DNA of 13,807 nucleotides from Candidatus Micrarchaeota archaeon (GTDB lineage: Archaea; B1Sed10-29; B47-G15). Every line of letters begins with the position of its first letter. Positions within the stretch are counted from its first letter, which is position 1. A program made the position numbers and the translations under genes. This document shows, piece by piece, positions 9,353 through 13,807 of the stretch. The notes under the pieces were generated by a model, which was not told where the DNA came from, did no database searches, and saw nothing but the letters and a program-made list of their open reading frames with translations. Location of the stretch: assembly GCA_003660975.1 (NCBI GenBank), contig QMVG01000012.1:1-13807 (forward strand), written 5' to 3'.

Positions 9353-10594
9353 ATGCGAATCTTGATAGTTAACACGGTTTATAAGCGAGGGGGAGCAGCG
9401 GGTATTGCTCAGACGCTCCATCGGGCGTTGAACCCCCTGGAGGGCTGGGAGAGCCTGTTTGCCTATGGCAGGGGGCCTAAAGTAGAAGAGCCAGGAACCA
9501 TTCGCTTTGCCTTTCAACTTGAGGTCTACCTGCATGTTGCCCTAACACGTTTAACGGGACTGCAGGGATACGGCACGTGGCTATCCACCCGTCGGCTGAT
9601 CCGGCTAATCCGGGAGTGGAAACCGGACATCATTCACTTCCACAACATCCACGGCTACTATCTTGACCTGAGCATCGCCGAAGCCATGGACAAACTGGGC
9701 ATCCCCGTGGTCTGGACCTTGCACGATGCCTGGCCACTAAGTGGGAGGTGTGCGCATTTTCTTGATTGCGAACGCTGGAAAACCGGTTGCGGCAAGTGCC
9801 CGTATCCAAGAGAGTATCCCAAGACTTATTTTGACAGCTCGGCCTGGATGTGGCCCAGAAAGTGGAAACTCTTAGGAGAGGTTTGGAAGCCGGTGATTGT
9901 TACACCGTCTCGGTGGTTAGCAAACTTAGTTGCGGAGGCCTGCAATGGACAGCTTCGCATTGAGGTGATTCCAAACGGCATTGATACAACGGTTTTCCAT
10001 CCGGTAGATCGCTTGCAAGCCAGGAAGGAACTGAGTCTCCCGGGGGACCTGAAAATCGTCCTTTTTGCGGCAGCCAAGCTGACTGAAAGGCTGAAAGGTA
10101 TCGCGTATTTCTTTCAAGCCCTTAAGTATGTACAAGTTGATAACTGGATGGCCTTGGCAGTAGGCAGGGCGGTCGATATCAGACGCTGGGTTCCACAAGG
10201 TGTTGAAGTGCGACAACTCGGGTATGTGAAGGAAGGTGAAGATATGGCGAAGGTTTACAGCGCTGCGGACCTCTACTGCATCACCTCGTTGGCGGATAAC
10301 TTTCCAACTACTGTATTGGAGTCCATGGCGTGCGGGACCCCTGTAGTGGGGTTTGCCGTGGGAGGGATTTCCGAGCAGGTGACAGAAGAATGCGGGCAAC
10401 TTGTGGCACCAGGCGATGCAAAGGCCTTAGGGCAGGCCATCACGGACTTATTCACTGATGATACCAAACGAAAAAAGATGGGGGAGTTTTGCAGAAAACG
10501 AGCAGAACGGGAATATAATCTACAACTGTTTATAAAGCGTCATCTTGCGCTGTATCGTGAACTTGTGGGTAAGGGACAAAATGCAGCCCCTTAA
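9353..10594 (+). CDS. Glycosyltransferase family 4, WcaC-like
   Basis: GGAA, IHFHNIHGYY, VVWTLHDAWPLSGRCAH..C..W...CGKCP, VTPSRWL, DNFPTTVLESMACGTPVV. Confidence 0.92.
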   Translation: MRILIVNTVYKRGGAAGIAQTLHRALNPLEGWESLFAYGRGPKVEEPGTIRFAFQLEVYLHVALTRLTGLQGYGTWLSTRRLIRLIREWKPDIIHFHNIHGYYLDLSIAEAMDKLGIPVVWTLHDAWPLSGRCAHFLDCERWKTGCGKCPYPREYPKTYFDSSAWMWPRKWKLLGEVWKPVIVTPSRWLANLVAEACNGQLRIEVIPNGIDTTVFHPVDRLQARKELSLPGDLKIVLFAAAKLTERLKGIAYFFQALKYVQVDNWMALAVGRAVDIRRWVPQGVEVRQLGYVKEGEDMAKVYSAADLYCITSLADNFPTTVLESMACGTPVVGFAVGGISEQVTEECGQLVAPGDAKALGQAITDLFTDDTKRKKMGEFCRKRAEREYNLQLFIKRHLALYRELVGKGQNAAP

Positions 10595-10751
10595 GGCATT
10601 GAACCTGTTCTGGTAGCTCTGGTGGTATCTTTGTGAGCACCGAATGAGCCCTGAGCGGGCGCTTCACTACATTGAGAAGGCAACCCCGGAGGACCTGGAA
10701 ATCATAAATGCTCGCTGTGGCGCACTTGCCAATGAGTTAGGCCTGGATTAA
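10581..10751 (+). pseudogene. Internally deleted gene remnant, C-terminus sulfotransferase-like
   Basis: One frame reads [55 protein letters not shown]. The start overlaps the upstream GT. The tail resembles SEKDLELFDKIAGVLMNDLGY of the intact sulfotransferase at 7420. Confidence 0.45.
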
Positions 10752-10764
10752 AAGGAGACGGATT

Positions 10765-10911
10765 ATGGCGAAGCGAGCGTTGATCACGGGCATCACAGGA
10801 CAGGATGGCTCCTATCTAGCCGAGCTGCTGTTGGCCAAAGGCTATGAGGTCCATGGGCTCATCCGCCGGACGGGCACTCCGGCTCGGAGTCGCAGTGCGG
10901 CGGTCGGTTGA
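10765..10911 (+). pseudogene. gmd: gmd 5' stub no. 1 (35 gmd-homologous codons plus a 13-codon tail)
   Basis: [57 protein letters not shown] at 10752-10757. Too short for the ORF track. Confidence 0.92.
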
Positions 10912-10955
10912 GTAGGATAGAGGTGTGCATCGGTTGAATCGAGGAGTGATGTGTT

Positions 10956-11255
10956 ATGACCGTCAAGGAGAAGATCGAGCGGCTCAAGCGCGAGAAGACC
11001 ACGCATTCCACTGAGGAGCTGGACCGTCTTGGCTGGGCCCGCTATGAGGAAATCAAACAGGAGCTGGAGGCTAAACATCACGGTGAGTACGTCGTGATCG
11101 AGGTGGACAGCGGGGACTATTTTGTGGGAAAGACCGCCGAGGAGGCCTTTCAGCAAGCTGAAAAGATCCATCCCGACAAGGCTTTCTGCCTGATCCGCGT
11201 TGGATATAAGGCGGTGCATAAGCTGAAGCGCCATGATCCAAGGATATGTGACTGA
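10956..11255 (+). CDS. DUF5678-like small protein (putative partner of the downstream protease)
   Basis: LEAKHHGEYVVIEVDSGDYFVGKTAEEAFQQAEKIHPDKAFCLIRVG fits the small alpha/beta family often found upstream of retropepsin-like genes. An RBS-like GAGGAG lies upstream, and the ORF overlaps the next one. Confidence 0.7.
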   Translation: MTVKEKIERLKREKTTHSTEELDRLGWARYEEIKQELEAKHHGEYVVIEVDSGDYFVGKTAEEAFQQAEKIHPDKAFCLIRVGYKAVHKLKRHDPRICD

Positions 11256-11601
11256 GGCACTGGATCCGATAATTGAAATAGGACTCAAGCGAGGGGAAGC
11301 CACGGAGTTCATTCCAGCGGTCATTGATACTGGGTTCAGCGGTCAGCTGTGTCTATCTAAGCGATATGAGGACAAGATCAAGATGGTGTTTCACCATGTT
11401 GAGCGCTATGAGTTGGCCAATAGTGAGGTTGTCGTCATGGATGTGTTTCGGGGAACCATCCTGTTCGGCGGACGTGCCCATGTGGTGGACCTGATTTTTA
11501 CGAACTCGCAGGACACGTTGATTGGAGCCTCGCTTCTGAAGGACTATAGGCTAGCGATCGATTATCCTAGACGCGTTGTCGAAGTGGAGAGGCAGATCTG
11601 A
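11233..11601 (+). CDS. Clan AA (retropepsin-like) aspartic protease, AF_0612-like
   Basis: 122 aa with catalytic VIDTGFSG, flap-like YELANSE, and TLIGASLLKDYRLAIDY. Confidence 0.88.
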   Translation: MIQGYVTEALDPIIEIGLKRGEATEFIPAVIDTGFSGQLCLSKRYEDKIKMVFHHVERYELANSEVVVMDVFRGTILFGGRAHVVDLIFTNSQDTLIGASLLKDYRLAIDYPRRVVEVERQI

Positions 11602-11620
11602 GAAGGTGAGCTTGATCTGA

Positions 11621-11746
<126 letters not shown>

Positions 11747-11762
11747 ATATACATGATGGCAG

Positions 11763-12044
11763 ATGACAAATAATAAGGCTATAGACCTACAAAAGCCGAT
11801 TGAGTTCAGCTCCCATGCCCGAGAGAAGATGCTGGATCGTGGAGCTACAGAAAGCGAAGTCAAAGCAGCCATTCGCACTGGGAGCCCTGAGCCGGCACGT
11901 AAAGGACGGCTCATGTTCCGGAAGAACTTCACCTTTAACGGACACTGGCGTGGTAAGCACTATGCTGTCAAACAAGTGGTTCCTGTCGTTGCGGAAGAGC
12001 CTAACAGGCTGGTTGTGGTGACGGTGTTTGTATACTATTTCTAA
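11763..12044 (+). CDS. DUF4258-family protein (putative RelE-like ribonuclease toxin)
   Basis: IEFSSHAREKMLDRGATESEVKAAIRTG...LVVVTVFVYY matches the FSxHAxxxMxxR...VVTV pattern. Confidence 0.82.
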   Translation: MTNNKAIDLQKPIEFSSHAREKMLDRGATESEVKAAIRTGSPEPARKGRLMFRKNFTFNGHWRGKHYAVKQVVPVVAEEPNRLVVVTVFVYYF

Positions 12045-12059
12045 GGGAGGTGAGAAAAC

Positions 12060-12281
12060 ATGGAGATTGTCTATGATCCGTCCGTTGACGCCCTAACCAT
12101 CCGGTTTGTTAAAGAGAGGGTAGAGTGTGAGGTGATCCGCCTTAACGATCAGGTGGCCGTGGACATCGGACCAGGAGAACGCATTGTAGCGATCGAGGTG
12201 CTAGATGCGAGTGAGTTGGTCCCAGGGATTAAGGAGGGAAAGGTCTCCTTGAAAAACCTTGCTCTCGCTGCAGAAAGCTGA
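12060..12281 (+). CDS. DUF2283-family protein (putative antitoxin)
   Basis: MEIVYDPSVDALTIRF...VAVDIGPGERIVAIEVLDAS matches YDxxxDALYI...D.....IVGIEILDAS. Strong RBS GGAGGT. Confidence 0.85.
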   Translation: MEIVYDPSVDALTIRFVKERVECEVIRLNDQVAVDIGPGERIVAIEVLDASELVPGIKEGKVSLKNLALAAES

Positions 12282-12314
12282 GGATGTTTTATCTCACTGG
12301 GGGAGAGAGAAACC

Positions 12315-13400
12315 ATGAAGAAAGCATTGATCACGGGAATAACCGGCCAGGACGGTTCCTATTTAGCTGAGCTCTTGCTGGCCAAGGGCTATGAAGTCCA
12401 CGGGCTCATCCGCCGGGCCAGCACCTTCAATACCGACCGGATCGATCATATCTATCAGGATCCCCATGAGCCCGGCGCACGGCTTTTCCTGCATTATGGA
12501 GATCTGACCAACGGGGAGCAGTTGACAAACCTGATTTACAACGTGAAGCCGGATGAGGTCTATCATCTCGGAGCACAGAGCCACGTCCGGGTGAGCTTTG
12601 ACATGCCTGAATACACTGGGGATGTTACCGGTTTGGGTACTACCAGGATCCTGGAGGCGATCCGTCGGAGCGGGATAAAAACAAAGTTCTATCAAGCTTC
12701 CAGCTCGGAGATGTTCGGCGCCGCTCCCCCGCCACAAAACGAGAACACGCCTTTCATGCCCCGCAGTCCCTATGCCTGCGCCAAGGTCTACGCCTACTGG
12801 ATGACGGTGAACTACCGCGAGGGTTACGGCCTGTTTGCCTGCAACGGCATCCTATTTAACCACGAGTCGCCCAGGCGTGGTGAAACCTTCGTCACCCGCA
12901 AGATCACGCGGGCCATTGCCAACATCATCGCGGGCAACCAGAAGAAACTCTATTTAGGGAACCTTAAAGCTAAGCGCGACTGGGGTTATGCCCCCGAGTA
13001 TGCCGAGGCAATGTGGCTCATGCTTCAACAAGAGAAACCTGATGATTACGTCATTGGAACGGGTGAGGCGCATTCTGTCCAGGAGTTTTTGGAAGAGGCC
13101 TTTGCCTACGTGGAGCTGGATTGGCAAGAATATGTGGAGATCGACCCCAGGTACTTCCGGCCCACCGAAGTAGAGGTTCTATTAGCAGATGCTACGAAGG
13201 CGAGGAGGGAGCTGGGCTGGGAACCCAAGATCACTTTTAGAGAACTGGTAAGGATCATGGTTGACGCCGACATGGAGGCCATCGGACTGACGCCACCGGG
13301 AGAGGGCAAGAAAATTTTGGAAGAAAAGTTCACGGGGTGGCATCAGTGGGATAACAGCGTCAAAGCTGTCTATGAAAATGTGCGACGAGGGTTAGAATAG
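12315..13400 (+). CDS. gmd: GDP-mannose 4,6-dehydratase
   Basis: [69 protein letters not shown]. Full length, 361 aa. Confidence 0.98.
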   Translation: MKKALITGITGQDGSYLAELLLAKGYEVHGLIRRASTFNTDRIDHIYQDPHEPGARLFLHYGDLTNGEQLTNLIYNVKPDEVYHLGAQSHVRVSFDMPEYTGDVTGLGTTRILEAIRRSGIKTKFYQASSSEMFGAAPPPQNENTPFMPRSPYACAKVYAYWMTVNYREGYGLFACNGILFNHESPRRGETFVTRKITRAIANIIAGNQKKLYLGNLKAKRDWGYAPEYAEAMWLMLQQEKPDDYVIGTGEAHSVQEFLEEAFAYVELDWQEYVEIDPRYFRPTEVEVLLADATKARRELGWEPKITFRELVRIMVDADMEAIGLTPPGEGKKILEEKFTGWHQWDNSVKAVYENVRRGLE

Positions 13401-13416
13401 CTTAGGGAGGGAGAGG

Positions 13417-13644
13417 ATGGAAAAGCGGACTATCGAGATCACGGCGGAATTGATTGAGGAGGATGAAGGCGGCTACACCGTGTATTGCCCTGAGCTCGAT
13501 ATCTATACTCAGGGGGAGGACGTTGAAGATGCTCTTGCCAACCTAAAGGAAGCTGCTCAGCTTCACATCGAGGAAACCGGGCTTCAAAACCTTAAGCTGA
13601 AAAAGGTAGAGCGTAGGGCACTCACTTTACAAATCAATGCCTAA
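13417..13644 (+). CDS. hicB: HicB-family antitoxin (short form)
   Basis: EEDEGGYTVYCPELDIYTQGEDVEDALANLKEAAQLHIE is the HicB N-terminal fold. RBS GGAGG. No obvious C-terminal HTH/RHH domain. Confidence 0.9.
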   Translation: MEKRTIEITAELIEEDEGGYTVYCPELDIYTQGEDVEDALANLKEAAQLHIEETGLQNLKLKKVERRALTLQINA

Positions 13645-13807
13645 ACTGCCCCGGATTACGGGAGATGAACTGGTCAGGGCTTTGCAAAGGGAGGGATTTG
13701 AGGTTGTAAGGCGGCGAGGGAGTCACGTGCAGGTAAGAAAATCAATCGCAGGAAATACGGTTACCTTCCCTGTTCCCGTCCACAAAGGCAAAACGTTGAA
13801 GCCGAGA
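13637..13807 (+). CDS. hicA: HicA-family mRNA interferase toxin (runs off the right edge)
   Basis: MPKLPRITGDELVRALQREGFEVVRRRGSHVQVRK...VPVHKGKTLK has the GF...R.GSH and VPxH motifs. The start overlaps the hicB end by 8 bp. Confidence 0.92.
   Translation, partial: MPKLPRITGDELVRALQREGFEVVRRRGSHVQVRKSIAGNTVTFPVPVHKGKTLKPR

Noticed and set aside
1344-10616. In-frame TAG codons at 1344, 3118 and 10614 suggesting amber recoding
   Set aside because: gmd ends normally at TAG (13398-13400), and neighbouring remnants also carry frameshifts and deletions, so decay is the simpler explanation.

Overview
All supportable genes are on the + strand. The window is a Wzx/Wzy-type surface polysaccharide locus with these intact or partial genes: the 3' half of a UDP-glucose/GDP-mannose dehydrogenase, a flippase, three GT4 glycosyltransferases, a Wzy/O-antigen-ligase-like membrane protein, a sulfotransferase and gmd. 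It is full of remnants: an rmlD stub, a DUF433 fragment, a decayed second flippase, a hicB pseudogene, a GT4 stub, two sulfotransferase remnants and a frameshifted methyltransferase. The most striking structure is at 10765-13807. Two truncated copies of the gmd 5' end (about 33-35 homologous codons, each with its own RBS) precede the intact gmd. Over 30 aligned codons the three copies encode identical protein but differ at 15-22 synonymous positions, and both stubs lose homology at nearly the same point. Each stub is followed by a different small two-gene, toxin-antitoxin-like module (DUF5678-like + retropepsin-like protease; DUF4258 + DUF2283), and hicBA follows gmd. This looks like tandem insertion of roughly 0.7-0.9 kb mini-cassettes that enter gmd and bring a replacement 5' end. 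No integrase is visible in the window. Family names come from motif recognition by eye, not from database searches.
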